The notes under the pieces were generated by a model. That model was given only the letters and a program-made list of their open reading frames with translations. It was not told the origin of the DNA and did no database searches. Both the position numbers and the translations under genes were made by a program. A DNA stretch of 34,250 bases from an uncultured Azospirillum sp. (GTDB taxonomy: Bacteria; Pseudomonadota; Alphaproteobacteria; Rickettsiales; UBA3002). Positions 19,514 through 30,082 of this stretch are shown piece by piece. The stretch lies in the NCBI GenBank assembly GCA_964652475.1, contig CAZZCK010000004.1, positions 606-34,855 on the forward strand, given 5' to 3'. Numbering within the stretch: position 1 is the first letter of the stretch; each line of letters starts with the position of its first letter.

Positions 19514-20840
19514 CCGCCACTTCACCTGTGTTGCGATACTACTATGCCTTGCGCTTAGCGCCTGCGGCGATTTACCCGATTGGCTGAGTAGTGCGCCGCC
19601 GGTGGTCAAGCGCGCTCCGGGCGAGCGCATCGATGTGGTCGGCCCCGCGCGCGGCTTGACGCCAGACCTTGGGGCGCAAGAGGTGTCCGTCACCGTGCCC
19701 GAGCAAGCCAACCTCGATCATTGGCACAGCCTCAACCAGGCGATGCAGGTGCCGCATATCGGCCTCACCGGTATTCGTCGCGAGCAATCGGCGCGCATTG
19801 GCGATGGGTATGGCTTCACCCGACCGGTGGTCAGCCCACCCGTCATTGGTGACGGGTTGGTGTTTGCGATGGATGCGTCGGGTGCGATTTCCGCCCATCG
19901 CGAGAGTGCGATTAGCGACATCGCCTGGGTTGATCTGCCAGCGAGCAGTAGCGCTAGCCGCGACGTGTTGGGCGGCGGCCTCACCCTTGCCGGGACAACG
20001 CTTTACGCCGCCACCGGCGACGGTATTTTGCGCGCGCTTGAGGCAAAAACGGGCAAGCAGCAATGGTCGATTCGCGTGGGCGCACCGGTGCGTGGCGCCC
20101 CGGCAGCCGACGGCAATACGGTTGTGGTGCTCACCGCCGACAATCAGACCCTGGCCTACGATGCCACAAGCGGTCAGCCGCGCTGGGAGCATCGCGGCAT
20201 CCGCGAAAGCGCGGGGTATTTTTCACTCACTAGCCCCGTAATCAGCGACGAAGTGGTAGTGGTCGCCTATTCCTCGGGTGAGCTCTTTGCCTTGCGCCTC
20301 GAATCGGGCAGTGTGATCTGGAGCGACACGCTCACCGGCGGTACGCGAACGCAGGCTTCGGCGGTGCTCAAGGGCATCGATGCGGTGCCAGTGGTGCAAG
20401 AAGGGGTGGTGGTGGCGGCGACGACCAGCGGCCAGATCCAAGCCAGTTTGCTCGCCAATGGTCGCCCCCTATGGCAACAACCGATCGGCACCCAAAGCGC
20501 GCCCTGGTCGGCGGGCAATGTGCTGTTCATGCTATCACCCAGCCACGATATTGCGGCGCTGCTTAAGCGCGACGGCTCCGTACGCTGGGCGACCTCGCTA
20601 GCCGTGCGTCATAAACGCGACCCTGCAAAGGATAAAACGCCGCCGCTTTATGGCCCGATTCTATCCGGCAATGCAGTGCTCGTGGTCGATGGCGACGGCG
20701 TGCTTCGCAGCTTTAACCCCGAAACCGGCGCTGCGATCGATCGCTACGAGCTGGCCGATGGGATCGTGACGGCCCCGGTCATTGCCAACGGCGCGATGTA
20801 TGTCATCACCAAAGCGGGTAAGCTGTATAAATATTATTAG
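19506..20840 (+). CDS. bamB: BamB-like PQQ-repeat beta-propeller lipoprotein
   Basis: Lipobox LSAC and repeated A(L)x3xG..W blades (ALEAKTGKQQW, AYDATSGQPRW, ALRLESGSVIW). Confidence 0.85.
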   Translation: MSNRHFTCVAILLCLALSACGDLPDWLSSAPPVVKRAPGERIDVVGPARGLTPDLGAQEVSVTVPEQANLDHWHSLNQAMQVPHIGLTGIRREQSARIGDGYGFTRPVVSPPVIGDGLVFAMDASGAISAHRESAISDIAWVDLPASSSASRDVLGGGLTLAGTTLYAATGDGILRALEAKTGKQQWSIRVGAPVRGAPAADGNTVVVLTADNQTLAYDATSGQPRWEHRGIRESAGYFSLTSPVISDEVVVVAYSSGELFALRLESGSVIWSDTLTGGTRTQASAVLKGIDAVPVVQEGVVVAATTSGQIQASLLANGRPLWQQPIGTQSAPWSAGNVLFMLSPSHDIAALLKRDGSVRWATSLAVRHKRDPAKDKTPPLYGPILSGNAVLVVDGDGVLRSFNPETGAAIDRYELADGIVTAPVIANGAMYVITKAGKLYKYY

Positions 20841-20895
20841 GGTTAATTTGCGTACACTCTTGCTGAGGGCATTCCGATGCGGATTTCTTGCAACT

Positions 20896-21699
20896 TCACG
20901 CCGAAGTTTCAGCATTATAGCGGGCGATGAGGCCGGTGCGGATCATCCGTCGATGCACCCGCACAAACACCCAGCTCGCGAGGATGATATAGCCGATTGA
21001 AAGCAAAAACCCAAGTAACAGCTGGGATAAGTCGGTGGGTTGGCCGGCAATCACCGCGCGTAACTGCTCGAACACATACGTCGGCGGCAAGATGGTGGCG
21101 ACCTGCTGCATCCATTCCGGTAGGCTGGCGACGGGGTAAAACACGCCGACAAACGGCGCCATGATCGAGGGGATTGGCCAGATATACCATTCCGAGGATG
21201 GGCCGCGCCAGAGTACCATCGCGCAGCCAAAAATACCTAGCGCCACGCCAAACAGCAGCAGCACCAATACCCAGGCGAGCAGGGGCACGCCGTAGGAAAA
21301 GGGTGAGAAATCAAAGATGACCGCCGCGCTGATCATCGCCAGCAAAAACCCAAAACTGCTGGTGATCACCCCGCAGGTGATGAGCCCAGATAAATATTCG
21401 CGGATACGCATCGGGCTGGCGAACAGGCTCAAAAAATTACGTGCCCACATATCTTCGAAAAAGACCATGTTGATGTTGAGCATGGCGCGCGCGTAAAAGT
21501 TGGCGAGCAGCACCGCGCCCAAGAACGTGCTTAAGGCATTAAACCCCGACGGCATGATTCTACCCAGATATTCGCTGATAAACCCCCACATCACCATATC
21601 AATCAGCAGCCATATATAGAGGCCCATCATGCGGTCGGGCCGCGCGATCAAGAGGCTAAAATAGCGGTAGATCAAACCGTAGATCGGGCGGATGTTCAT
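20896..21699 (-). CDS. ABC-2 type exporter permease
   Basis: About six TM segments, LFASPMR and GVFYPVASLPEWMQ..LPPTYVFE; overlaps the ATPase gene by ATGA. Confidence 0.9.
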   Translation of the reverse strand: MNIRPIYGLIYRYFSLLIARPDRMMGLYIWLLIDMVMWGFISEYLGRIMPSGFNALSTFLGAVLLANFYARAMLNINMVFFEDMWARNFLSLFASPMRIREYLSGLITCGVITSSFGFLLAMISAAVIFDFSPFSYGVPLLAWVLVLLLFGVALGIFGCAMVLWRGPSSEWYIWPIPSIMAPFVGVFYPVASLPEWMQQVATILPPTYVFEQLRAVIAGQPTDLSQLLLGFLLSIGYIILASWVFVRVHRRMIRTGLIARYNAETSA

Positions 21700-22439
21700 G
21701 CCACCTCCAAACTGAGCGGCTCGCGGGCGACGGCGATGAACAGCTCTTCAAGATTCGCCTTGCCATGCTCATGGGCCAAGCTTTTGGGGTCACCCTCGAG
21801 CAGGATTTCGCCGTGGCTCATGAACAGAACGCGGTCGCAGACTTCTTCCACTTCGGCCATGTTATGCGAGGTCCACAGCACGCCATGCTGCCCGCGTGAA
21901 GCATGCGCGCGAATCTGCTGGCGCAATTCGCGTGCCGTCGCCGGGTCGAGGCTCGCCGTCGGTTCATCGAGTAGCAGCAGCGGTGGGCGGTTGAGCATCG
22001 CTTTAGCAAGCGCCACCCGCGTTTGCTCGCCCGAGGAAAGCAGCCCATATTTGGTGCGACGAAATTTCACGAGGTCATAGTCGAGGAGCAAGTCTTCGAT
22101 CCGCGATCTCAGGTTTTTTACGTTATACATCAAGCCAAAAAATTTTAGGTTCTGTTCGACCGAAAGATTGCCCGGCAACGGGGCATAGACCGCCGCGAAA
22201 TTAGTGCGCGCGCGGGCACGGGCTGGCTGGTCGGCGAGTGAAATACCGTCGATGGTAATACTGCCCGCATCGGGGGCAAGAATGCCCAGCACCATATTGA
22301 TGCTGGTGGTTTTGCCCGCACCGTTGGGGCCAAGCAGGCCAACAATTTCACCGCGCGTGACGGCAAAGCTTAGAGCGTGGACTGCACGCACCCCGCGATA
22401 GGATTTGGCGATACGATCAACAATAAGGGCAGGGTGCAT
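21696..22439 (-). CDS. ABC exporter ATP-binding protein (DrrA/NodI-like)
   Basis: GPNGAGKT, variant signature LSSGE, LLLLDEP and H-loop WTSH. Confidence 0.95.
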   Translation of the reverse strand: MHPALIVDRIAKSYRGVRAVHALSFAVTRGEIVGLLGPNGAGKTTSINMVLGILAPDAGSITIDGISLADQPARARARTNFAAVYAPLPGNLSVEQNLKFFGLMYNVKNLRSRIEDLLLDYDLVKFRRTKYGLLSSGEQTRVALAKAMLNRPPLLLLDEPTASLDPATARELRQQIRAHASRGQHGVLWTSHNMAEVEEVCDRVLFMSHGEILLEGDPKSLAHEHGKANLEELFIAVAREPLSLEVA

Positions 22440-22629
22440 GAGTGATTTCGGTATTCACAAGAACTGTATTGAATGGGTAACAGCCTTGGGCCTTGCGCGC
22501 AATATTTGTTGATCGATGTTACATTCGAGTTGAAATACCATCCGGCCCATGGTTGGTTGCGATTTATTCTCGGCAACCGGTGATTGCAGGTTGGTGAGTT
22601 CTTTGCCACCAAATACGATGGAGATATGC

Positions 22630-23721
22630 ATGAAACGTATCGCTTTATTCACCACCGCATTGCTATCGACCAGCCTGCTTGCTAGCGGCGCGTTCGCCGC
22701 TGAAAAAGCCACCAGCTATCCGAATATTTCGGGTGAAGCGGTGTTCGAGCTGCAGCTCGAGGGCGGGGTTGACTCCGACGATAATGACAATGAGCGCGTC
22801 CGCACCTTTGGCCGCACGGAAGTAGCGCCAACCCTCCAACTGACCAAGAATTTTTATATCGACGGTGTCGGCGTGTTCGAGCCGGTGAACGACCCCAACA
22901 TTGGCCGCGGTTCGTTTTTCGAACAAGAAGGTGGCTTCATCGAGGAGCTGAAACTCAACTATGAGAACGGCCCTTACAAAGCGTTTGCCGGTAAATTTAA
23001 TCCCGGCTTCGGGATCGCGTGGGACTACGGCCGTGGTATCTGGAGCGAGGACTTCGCCGAGGATTACGAGATCACCGAGAAGCTTGGGTTTGGTGGTTCT
23101 TACACGCTTGAAACCGCGAATGCTGGCAGCCATACGTTCACCGCCAGCACCTTCTTTGCTGATACCACCTTCCTGTCGAACTCGACCATCACCCAGCGTG
23201 GCCGCACCCGCGAGTCCGATGGCGGCGCGAGCAATACCGAGGATTTCTCGTCCTACGTCTTTGCGCTCGACGGGGCGAATGTCGGCGGCATTGAAAATCT
23301 CTCCTATTCGCTCGGCTATCGCCATTTGGAAAAAGGTGATGAAGATGTCGGCGGTAAGGATGAAAACGGCGTCGTCGCCAACCTCAATTATGTGTTCCCG
23401 CTGACGAAGAACATCGAGAGTGATGTGTTGGCCGAGTTCGCAACCATCGATAATTTCGGCGGGCTTGATGTCAATTCGCGCTACTACACCGCCAGCGTCG
23501 TCAATACCATTTACGATGATTGGAACGTGACCATTGGCTACACCAAGCGCGAGACGGATATAACCGGGCTTGGTGACTTCAACGATCATCTGCTGCAAGT
23601 TTCGGGTGGGTATGATTTCGGCAATGGTTTGACGCTTGAAGCCGGTTGGCGCAACAGCGAGGAATTTGGCACCGATATCGATATTTTAGGCGCGCTTGCC
23701 CGCTACACGGTCGCGTTCTAA
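22630..23721 (+). CDS. Outer-membrane beta-barrel (porin-like) protein, strongly acidic
   Basis: Sec signal MKRIALF...AFA, alternating beta-strand pattern, C-terminal ARYTVAF with terminal Phe, and SD GGAG. Confidence 0.8.
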   Translation: MKRIALFTTALLSTSLLASGAFAAEKATSYPNISGEAVFELQLEGGVDSDDNDNERVRTFGRTEVAPTLQLTKNFYIDGVGVFEPVNDPNIGRGSFFEQEGGFIEELKLNYENGPYKAFAGKFNPGFGIAWDYGRGIWSEDFAEDYEITEKLGFGGSYTLETANAGSHTFTASTFFADTTFLSNSTITQRGRTRESDGGASNTEDFSSYVFALDGANVGGIENLSYSLGYRHLEKGDEDVGGKDENGVVANLNYVFPLTKNIESDVLAEFATIDNFGGLDVNSRYYTASVVNTIYDDWNVTIGYTKRETDITGLGDFNDHLLQVSGGYDFGNGLTLEAGWRNSEEFGTDIDILGALARYTVAF

Positions 23722-23834
23722 CCCCTTTACAGCCCTTGAGAATGTGGCGGATGGCCCAGGCGATCAAATCGCATGGACAAACGCGAGCCGATATCCGATA
23801 AGAGCGGCGTAACCTGCTTGTAAGGACTGCAGCA

Positions 23835-24962
23835 TTGACCAAGCGTATTCTCATGGTGTTTGGCACCCGGCCCGAGGCGATTAAAATGGCCCCGCTGGTG
23901 AAGGCGCTCATGCGCCGTGAGGCGTGTGAGGTGAAAGTCTGCGTCACTGCCCAGCACCGGCAGATGCTCGACCAGGTGCTATCCTTGTTCGCGATCACCC
24001 CGGATTTCGATCTCGATTTGATGAAGCCGGGGCAGGATTTGTCGGATATCACGGCCAAAGTGATTTTGGGCTTGCGCGATGTGTTCCGTCAGTGGCGACC
24101 CGACATGGTGCTGGTGCATGGCGATACCACCACCACCCTGGCTGCCTCGCTTGCTGCCTATTACGCCAAAATCGCGATTGGCCATGTCGAGGCGGGCTTA
24201 CGCACCCATGATCGTTATTCCCCCTGGCCGGAAGAGATGAACCGCACCTTAACCGGCGCCCTCGCTACCATCCATTTCGCGCCGACTACCACTGCGCGCG
24301 ATCATCTGTTGCGCGAGGGTATTGCTCCTGAAACGATTCATGTCACGGGCAATAGCGTGATCGACGCGTTGCTCGAGGTGGTCGAGAAGATTAAAACCGA
24401 CACCGCGCTGCAAGCCGCACTCGATGCCCAATTTGATTTTCTCGATGCCAATAAAAAACTCATTCTCGTTACCGGTCATCGTCGCGAAAATTTTGGCGAT
24501 GGGTTCGAGCGTATTTGCCGCGCGCTTCTTGAAATTGCCGCGCGGGGAGATGTTGCGATTCTCTATCCCGTGCATCTCAACCCCAATGTACAAGAACCCG
24601 TCGCGCGCATGCTATCGGCCAACGCGGCGATTCACCTCATTGCCCCGCAGGAATATTTGGCCTTCGTCTATCTCATGCACCGGGCGCATCTCATCATCAC
24701 CGATTCGGGCGGCGTGCAGGAAGAGGCGCCATCGCTGGGCAAGCCTGTGCTCGTCATTCGCGACACGACCGAGCGGCCCGAGGCGGTTGCTGCGGGTACC
24801 GTGAAACTAGTGGGCACCGATACGGATACGATCACCCGCGAGGCCAACCGCTTACTGGATGATGCCGCTGCCTATGCTGCGATGGCGCAGGCCCATAACC
24901 CCTATGGCGACGGCAAAACCGCTGCCCGCATCGCCGAAATTTTACAAGGAATCGCGCAATGA
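23835..24962 (+). CDS. wecB: UDP-GlcNAc 2-epimerase (non-hydrolysing)
   Basis: [45 protein letters not shown] and NPYGDG. TTG start. Confidence 0.97.
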   Translation: MTKRILMVFGTRPEAIKMAPLVKALMRREACEVKVCVTAQHRQMLDQVLSLFAITPDFDLDLMKPGQDLSDITAKVILGLRDVFRQWRPDMVLVHGDTTTTLAASLAAYYAKIAIGHVEAGLRTHDRYSPWPEEMNRTLTGALATIHFAPTTTARDHLLREGIAPETIHVTGNSVIDALLEVVEKIKTDTALQAALDAQFDFLDANKKLILVTGHRRENFGDGFERICRALLEIAARGDVAILYPVHLNPNVQEPVARMLSANAAIHLIAPQEYLAFVYLMHRAHLIITDSGGVQEEAPSLGKPVLVIRDTTERPEAVAAGTVKLVGTDTDTITREANRLLDDAAAYAAMAQAHNPYGDGKTAARIAEILQGIAQ

Positions 24963-26227
24963 AAAAACCACTCAAAACCATCTCGGTGATTGGCCTGGGC
25001 TATATTGGCTTGCCCACGGCGGCGGTGCTTGCAAGCCGCGGCATCCAAGTGCACGGGGTCGATGTGAATGAAAAAGCCGTCGCCACCATCAACAGTGGCG
25101 GCATCCATATTGTTGAGCCGGAGCTTGATATTCTGGTGCATGCTGCGGTGCAGACGGGGCATCTCAAAGCAAGCACCACGCCATCACCCGCTGCGGCATT
25201 TCTGATCGCCGTGCCGACGCCGTTTCGTGAGAATTACGCACCGGATCTGAGCTATGTCAAAGCGGCGGCGCAGTCGATTGCGCCGGTGTTGAAAAAAGGT
25301 AATCTCGTGATTCTGGAATCCACCTCACCGGTCGGCACCACCGAACAGATGGCCGCATGGCTGGCCGAGGCGCGCCCCGACCTTACCTTCCCGCAAACGG
25401 CCGGTGATGGGGCGGATATTAACATTGCCTATTGCCCCGAGCGCGTACTTCCCGGGCGCGTGATTCATGAATTGGTGATGAACGACCGCGTGATTGGCGG
25501 TATGAGCGCGACCTGTGCCGCCAAAGCCAAAGCGCTCTATCAAATCTTTGTGCAGGGCGAGTGCATCACTACCTCGGCGCGCACGGCGGAAATGTGCAAA
25601 CTCACCGAAAATGCTTTTCGCATGGTGAATATCGCCTTTGCGAACGAACTTTCGATGGTCTGCGATACGCTTGGCATTGATGTGTGGGAACTGATTCGTC
25701 TGGCCAACCGCCACCCGCGGGTGAACGTGCTGCAGCCCGGCCCCGGGGTGGGTGGGCACTGCATCGCGGTTGATCCCTGGTTTATCGTGAATTCTGCACC
25801 GGATGTTACGCCGTTGATTCGTGTCGCGGGCGAGGTGAATTTGAAAAAGCCCCATTGGGTGATCACGCAGGTGGAGGCACTGGTTGCAACTTTCAGCAAA
25901 CCGAGCGTCACCATTGCTTGCTTAGGGGTGGCCTTCAAAGCGGATATTGATGATTTACGCGAAAGCCCATCGCTTGAGATTGTCGCGCATCTCGCCAAAA
26001 ATAAAAAGCTGAACCTCATCGTCAACGAGCCGAATGTTGAAGCATTGCCCGACCATATCACCGATCTTGGGGTCACGCTCGCCCCACTGGATGCCGTCCT
26101 TGCCAGTGCTGATATGGTGCTGCTGCTGGTCGATCACGCCCCCTATAAGCGTATGGATTGGAGCGCGGTTAACGTCCCCGTCCTCGACACCAAGGGTGTG
26201 ACAGGATTGCGTAAAGCGGCATGCTGA
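24959..26227 (+). CDS. wecC: UDP-N-acetyl-D-mannosamine dehydrogenase (makes UDP-ManNAcA)
   Basis: [40 protein letters not shown] and [12 protein letters not shown]. Confidence 0.96.
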   Translation: MKKPLKTISVIGLGYIGLPTAAVLASRGIQVHGVDVNEKAVATINSGGIHIVEPELDILVHAAVQTGHLKASTTPSPAAAFLIAVPTPFRENYAPDLSYVKAAAQSIAPVLKKGNLVILESTSPVGTTEQMAAWLAEARPDLTFPQTAGDGADINIAYCPERVLPGRVIHELVMNDRVIGGMSATCAAKAKALYQIFVQGECITTSARTAEMCKLTENAFRMVNIAFANELSMVCDTLGIDVWELIRLANRHPRVNVLQPGPGVGGHCIAVDPWFIVNSAPDVTPLIRVAGEVNLKKPHWVITQVEALVATFSKPSVTIACLGVAFKADIDDLRESPSLEIVAHLAKNKKLNLIVNEPNVEALPDHITDLGVTLAPLDAVLASADMVLLLVDHAPYKRMDWSAVNVPVLDTKGVTGLRKAAC

Positions 26228-27468
26228 ACCTATTCGTACAGATCGCAACCCTCGCGAACGCGTTGCTATTTAGCTTTCTGGCGCCGGCGACCTACGGCTT
26301 GGCCCTCTATGGCGAATTTATCGGCATCAACGCCATGGTATTTCTAGTGCATCGCTCCTTCAGCATCATCAGCGAGCCGCTGATTCGGTATGCGGGGGCG
26401 GGCACGCTCATCTACAGTATTTTATTACTCAGTTTTTTCGTGTTTCTTGGCTTCACTGCACTCCATGCTATCACCCCGTTTGGTTCGCCGCTACTTTTGT
26501 TCGGTATGCTACTCAGCGCGAGTGTATTGCTTGCATTACAAGGCCTACGTCTGCGCCGTGCGTATATATTATTTATGACGCTGACCTCGGTTTTGCTTGT
26601 TACCCTGACGCTATGGTCGTATACGCACGATCTCTCGATTGCGCTCGAGCGGGTGATGGAAATCAGCGTGTTTATCCCCGCCTTTATTTGGCTAGTTTAT
26701 GCGCTGCGCATGAGCGATACCTGCCCAACTGTGACCGAACTAAAGACGCTGCTTGCCACGCTCATGAAACAAATCCCCGAGCTTCTCACCGTCACGGCGG
26801 TCATGAACCTGCTCACCGCTGCCTTACCCGTCTATCTCGCGCGCGTGCTGGTGCCGTATGATTTGGGGCTTTATCGGGTCGCAACGTCGGTCATTCAATC
26901 CGCCACCAGCGTGTTTCCTGTCAGCACTGCCGCGGTCATCACCCGCTTTACCCATCATGCGCAAGGCAAACGGCTTTACCAACGCTTGCGCGCCTTCTCG
27001 ACATTCTATTTTTCGGCCATTGCCGTTGGCCTCATTGCCATTGCCTTCATCATGCCCACACTGGCGCCCTACCTTGCGCTTGTTGCCTGTGTGCCGCTTT
27101 ATTACCGCGCGGCGCTCGATGAGCGTCACCTCATTGCCTCGAGTCGCACACCGTGGTTGATGGCGATTAATATTGCAGTCGCGCTGCTCGGTTTAGGTTC
27201 CCTTTTCCTCATCCAGACGCTCGAGCATGCGATTTTATTTTATAGTGGCATCATCGCTGCGTACGCTGCCGCGATGCAGCTCTTGCGGCGCAATTTGCGC
27301 AACCAGTTACCGAGCCTGTTCGTCATAGGTGCCTGCCCATTTGCGGTGCTGCTCATGGCACAGCAACCGGCCTTTGGGCTTTTCTATCTCGCCTTACTAG
27401 TGCTAGTAGAATGGATGCAGGATCGTCCCAACCGCCATGACCTCATCTGGCTATGGAGAGAAATGTGA
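26221..27468 (+). CDS. wzx: Probable Wzx oligosaccharide flippase
   Basis: About 12 TM segments, two-fold motifs YGLALYGEF and LVPYDLGLYRVA, and locus context. Confidence 0.7.
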   Translation: MLNLFVQIATLANALLFSFLAPATYGLALYGEFIGINAMVFLVHRSFSIISEPLIRYAGAGTLIYSILLLSFFVFLGFTALHAITPFGSPLLLFGMLLSASVLLALQGLRLRRAYILFMTLTSVLLVTLTLWSYTHDLSIALERVMEISVFIPAFIWLVYALRMSDTCPTVTELKTLLATLMKQIPELLTVTAVMNLLTAALPVYLARVLVPYDLGLYRVATSVIQSATSVFPVSTAAVITRFTHHAQGKRLYQRLRAFSTFYFSAIAVGLIAIAFIMPTLAPYLALVACVPLYYRAALDERHLIASSRTPWLMAINIAVALLGLGSLFLIQTLEHAILFYSGIIAAYAAAMQLLRRNLRNQLPSLFVIGACPFAVLLMAQQPAFGLFYLALLVLVEWMQDRPNRHDLIWLWREM

Positions 27469-27926
27469 ACGCGATGCATCTTTATCGTTTCGGTCATTGG
27501 TGCCATAAGCGCCGCATTCCGCTCGTGCCCAAACTCATGCGCAACGCGATTTATTTTATTTTTCATGCTTATGTTCCCTACTCAGCGACTATTGGCGAGA
27601 AAACGCTGTTGGGCTATGGTGGTATGGGTCAGGTGATCCATGCTAATAGTAAAATCGGCGCGCGCTGTGTCATTGGTCATCGCGTTACTATCGGCACGGC
27701 GGTTGGGTATACTAGCAATGCACCCAGTCCCTTTCCAACGATTGGCGACGACTGCTTTTTGGGCGCGGATGCAAAAATTCTGGGTGGTGTTACGATTGGC
27801 AACCGCTGCACTATTGGCGCCGGCGCGGTGGTGCTGAGCGATTTACCCGATGGGTCGATTGCGGTAGGCATGCCCGCGCGCATTATTGGCTATAACCCAC
27901 CGGATTATTTGGCTATCCGCTTATGA
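27465..27926 (+). CDS. Hexapeptide-repeat (CysE/LacA-like) acyltransferase
   Basis: IGARCVIGHRVTIG, PTIGDDCFLGADAKILGGVTIG, IGAGAVV and VGMPAR. GTG start overlaps the wzx stop. Confidence 0.9.
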   Translation: MNAMHLYRFGHWCHKRRIPLVPKLMRNAIYFIFHAYVPYSATIGEKTLLGYGGMGQVIHANSKIGARCVIGHRVTIGTAVGYTSNAPSPFPTIGDDCFLGADAKILGGVTIGNRCTIGAGAVVLSDLPDGSIAVGMPARIIGYNPPDYLAIRL

Positions 27927-29092
27927 GCATGCAATGGGTCATTCGTGGTGGTATCGTGACTGCGCTGACGGCAAGCCTGTTGTTTCTTGCCTTTAATGTA
28001 TTGCGTTTAACCACCATTTTTAACATCACCCATTCCTTCCTCATTCTCGATATGCTGGCACTTGCCGCCATCGCATCGGTTGGCTTGTGGCATTGGCGAA
28101 GATTGCAGATCACGTGGCTTGAATGGGGGATGGTGGCGGCACTCATCGCAAGCACCATGATGGCAGATTACGCTAACCGTTTGCCCATCGATATCGCGAT
28201 CGACATCGTCCGCCCGCTGCTGTTTCTGGCCGTCATCATCACCCTGCGTCATTGCCTTGATGGGCAATGGTTCAGTACCTCAGAAACCGTTCACAAACTA
28301 CTGGCCTACATCATCGGCGCAACGGTGATTGGGGTGATGACCTGCACGCTGGTCGATCGTTTTATCCAACCGATTTACCCCGCCTATAGCAGCATTGATG
28401 CCGCACTGGGCCTCGGCTGGTTGATGGCCACCAGCGGGCCCGCTGCCCCGCTGCTGTTTCTTATTCTGCTCGTGGTTTCGGGCAAGCGGGCGGTCTATTT
28501 GGCCAGCGGCATTGCCATGCTGATGGTGTATCGCAAGCAACCAAAAATGCTCGTCGCTGTGCTTGCCATCCTCATCGCGGCATCGAGTGTCAGCATGCTG
28601 ACGGCGCGCTTTTATGCATCTCAATCCCAACCCCAATCTAATGCGGGGGCTCAGGACCAGTCTCACACTGAAGCTCAGATCACCGAGTATTACAGCGGCG
28701 GACGGCTGGATGAAATTCGTGATGCGGTTGCCGCCGTGCCAGGACCTGCCTATTATATCGTGGGTATGGGGCCGGGTTTTGCTTATCCCTCGAAAACATT
28801 TGGCCCCGAAGGAACGCTCCACCGCAATTTACATTTCACGCCGCTGTCACTGATTATTTATTACGGGGTGATTTTCTCGGCATTGTTCGCGTATTATATC
28901 CTACGTCTGCTACCTGCCGCCTGGCGTGCGTTGAACGATCGCGCCAACCCCGTGCGTATGACCTATGCGATTTACTTTTTCGCGTCCTTACCTTTTGCGC
29001 TGACGGAATTCAGCGTTTTCGGCTATGCTAATTTTGCGATTGCGTGCGGATTAATCGCGGCGACCGACCGCACGCAATACACAACGGATTGA
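27923..29092 (+). CDS. wzy: Probable Wzy polymerase / O-antigen ligase family protein
   Basis: Multi-TM protein with SGKRA, a large loop containing SGGR, VGMGPG and a His..YYG motif. Confidence 0.7.
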   Translation: MSMQWVIRGGIVTALTASLLFLAFNVLRLTTIFNITHSFLILDMLALAAIASVGLWHWRRLQITWLEWGMVAALIASTMMADYANRLPIDIAIDIVRPLLFLAVIITLRHCLDGQWFSTSETVHKLLAYIIGATVIGVMTCTLVDRFIQPIYPAYSSIDAALGLGWLMATSGPAAPLLFLILLVVSGKRAVYLASGIAMLMVYRKQPKMLVAVLAILIAASSVSMLTARFYASQSQPQSNAGAQDQSHTEAQITEYYSGGRLDEIRDAVAAVPGPAYYIVGMGPGFAYPSKTFGPEGTLHRNLHFTPLSLIIYYGVIFSALFAYYILRLLPAAWRALNDRANPVRMTYAIYFFASLPFALTEFSVFGYANFAIACGLIAATDRTQYTTD

Positions 29093-29104
29093 GAGTTTAT
29101 TGCC

Positions 29105-30082
29105 ATGCATCGTATCCTTGCCTTAAATCCGTGGATTGAGGTGGTCGTCAAATATCTTTACTGGCATTTTCCGCTGCTCAACCGTGTGCTTGGAAAAATG
29201 GTCACGAAACTGCGTCGAACCCAAACCCGATCCCGTATCGCTGAGGTCGCAGTTAACCACGAAACCGCGACCTTGCTGTGGCAGCAGTTGCACGATTGGG
29301 GGGTAAACGCTGGCGATATTCTCATCGTTCATTCCAGCATGAGTAATCTCAAATCGCTTGGCCTTTCACCACCCGAAATCAATGCTGCACTGCGTGCGCT
29401 GGTGGGTGACCCTGGAACGCTCGCCATGCCGGCGATTCCCTATTTTCCGGAAGAGCCCGTGGGCGTGGATCGGCTGAGTGATCGTATTTGTCAGGTGCCG
29501 GTTGCTTACGATGTAGAAAAAACAATGCCGTGGACCGGGGCATTACCCAAAGCCCTGATGCAGACGCCCGGCGCCGTGCGCAGCCATCATCCGCTTAGTA
29601 CGATGGTGGCGGTAGGGCCGGAGGCATCGGTGATGATGGCGCATAACCTTGACGGCGAAGCTCCGCTCCCTGGCGGGGTACATTCCTCGTGGTATTATTG
29701 CGCGAATCGCAACGCAAAAATTGTCGCACTTGGCACCGATATGGCGCATAGCCTGACCATGATTCATGTCGCGGAAGATGCGTATGAGAACGATTGGCCG
29801 ATAGCGAATTGGTATCGGTTGCGCCTTTTCGATATCACCAGTGGCGGCGTCACGCGGCGGATCACCGTGCGTGAGCGCCATCCTAAATGGGCCATCCATT
29901 ACGCCGAGCGTACGCTGGCCAATGATTTGCGGCGTGCCGGCATCCTTCGTGCAACCACCGTTTACGGCGTTACGATGGAGTTTCTGGAGTCGGCGGCATT
30001 GCTTGATTTTCTCAATGCGCGCAAGGCGAAGGGTTACCCTTATTTCACCCTTGCACCGCATCAGCGGCACGGTGCGGTATGA
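29105..30082 (+). CDS. AAC(3)/YokD-family (Antibiotic_NAT) N-acetyltransferase
   Basis: GDILIVHSS, GTLAMP, TGALP, VRSHHPLS, KIVALG and TMIHVAE (His-Glu dyad motif). Confidence 0.88.
   Translation: MHRILALNPWIEVVVKYLYWHFPLLNRVLGKMVTKLRRTQTRSRIAEVAVNHETATLLWQQLHDWGVNAGDILIVHSSMSNLKSLGLSPPEINAALRALVGDPGTLAMPAIPYFPEEPVGVDRLSDRICQVPVAYDVEKTMPWTGALPKALMQTPGAVRSHHPLSTMVAVGPEASVMMAHNLDGEAPLPGGVHSSWYYCANRNAKIVALGTDMAHSLTMIHVAEDAYENDWPIANWYRLRLFDITSGGVTRRITVRERHPKWAIHYAERTLANDLRRAGILRATTVYGVTMEFLESAALLDFLNARKAKGYPYFTLAPHQRHGAV

Noticed and set aside
22663-23598. 311-aa minus-strand ORF
   Set aside because: Antisense shadow of the codon-biased porin gene.
23722-23834. ops/JUMPstart element before wecB
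   Set aside because: GGCGGATG does not match GGCGGTAG, and there is no convincing promoter or terminator.
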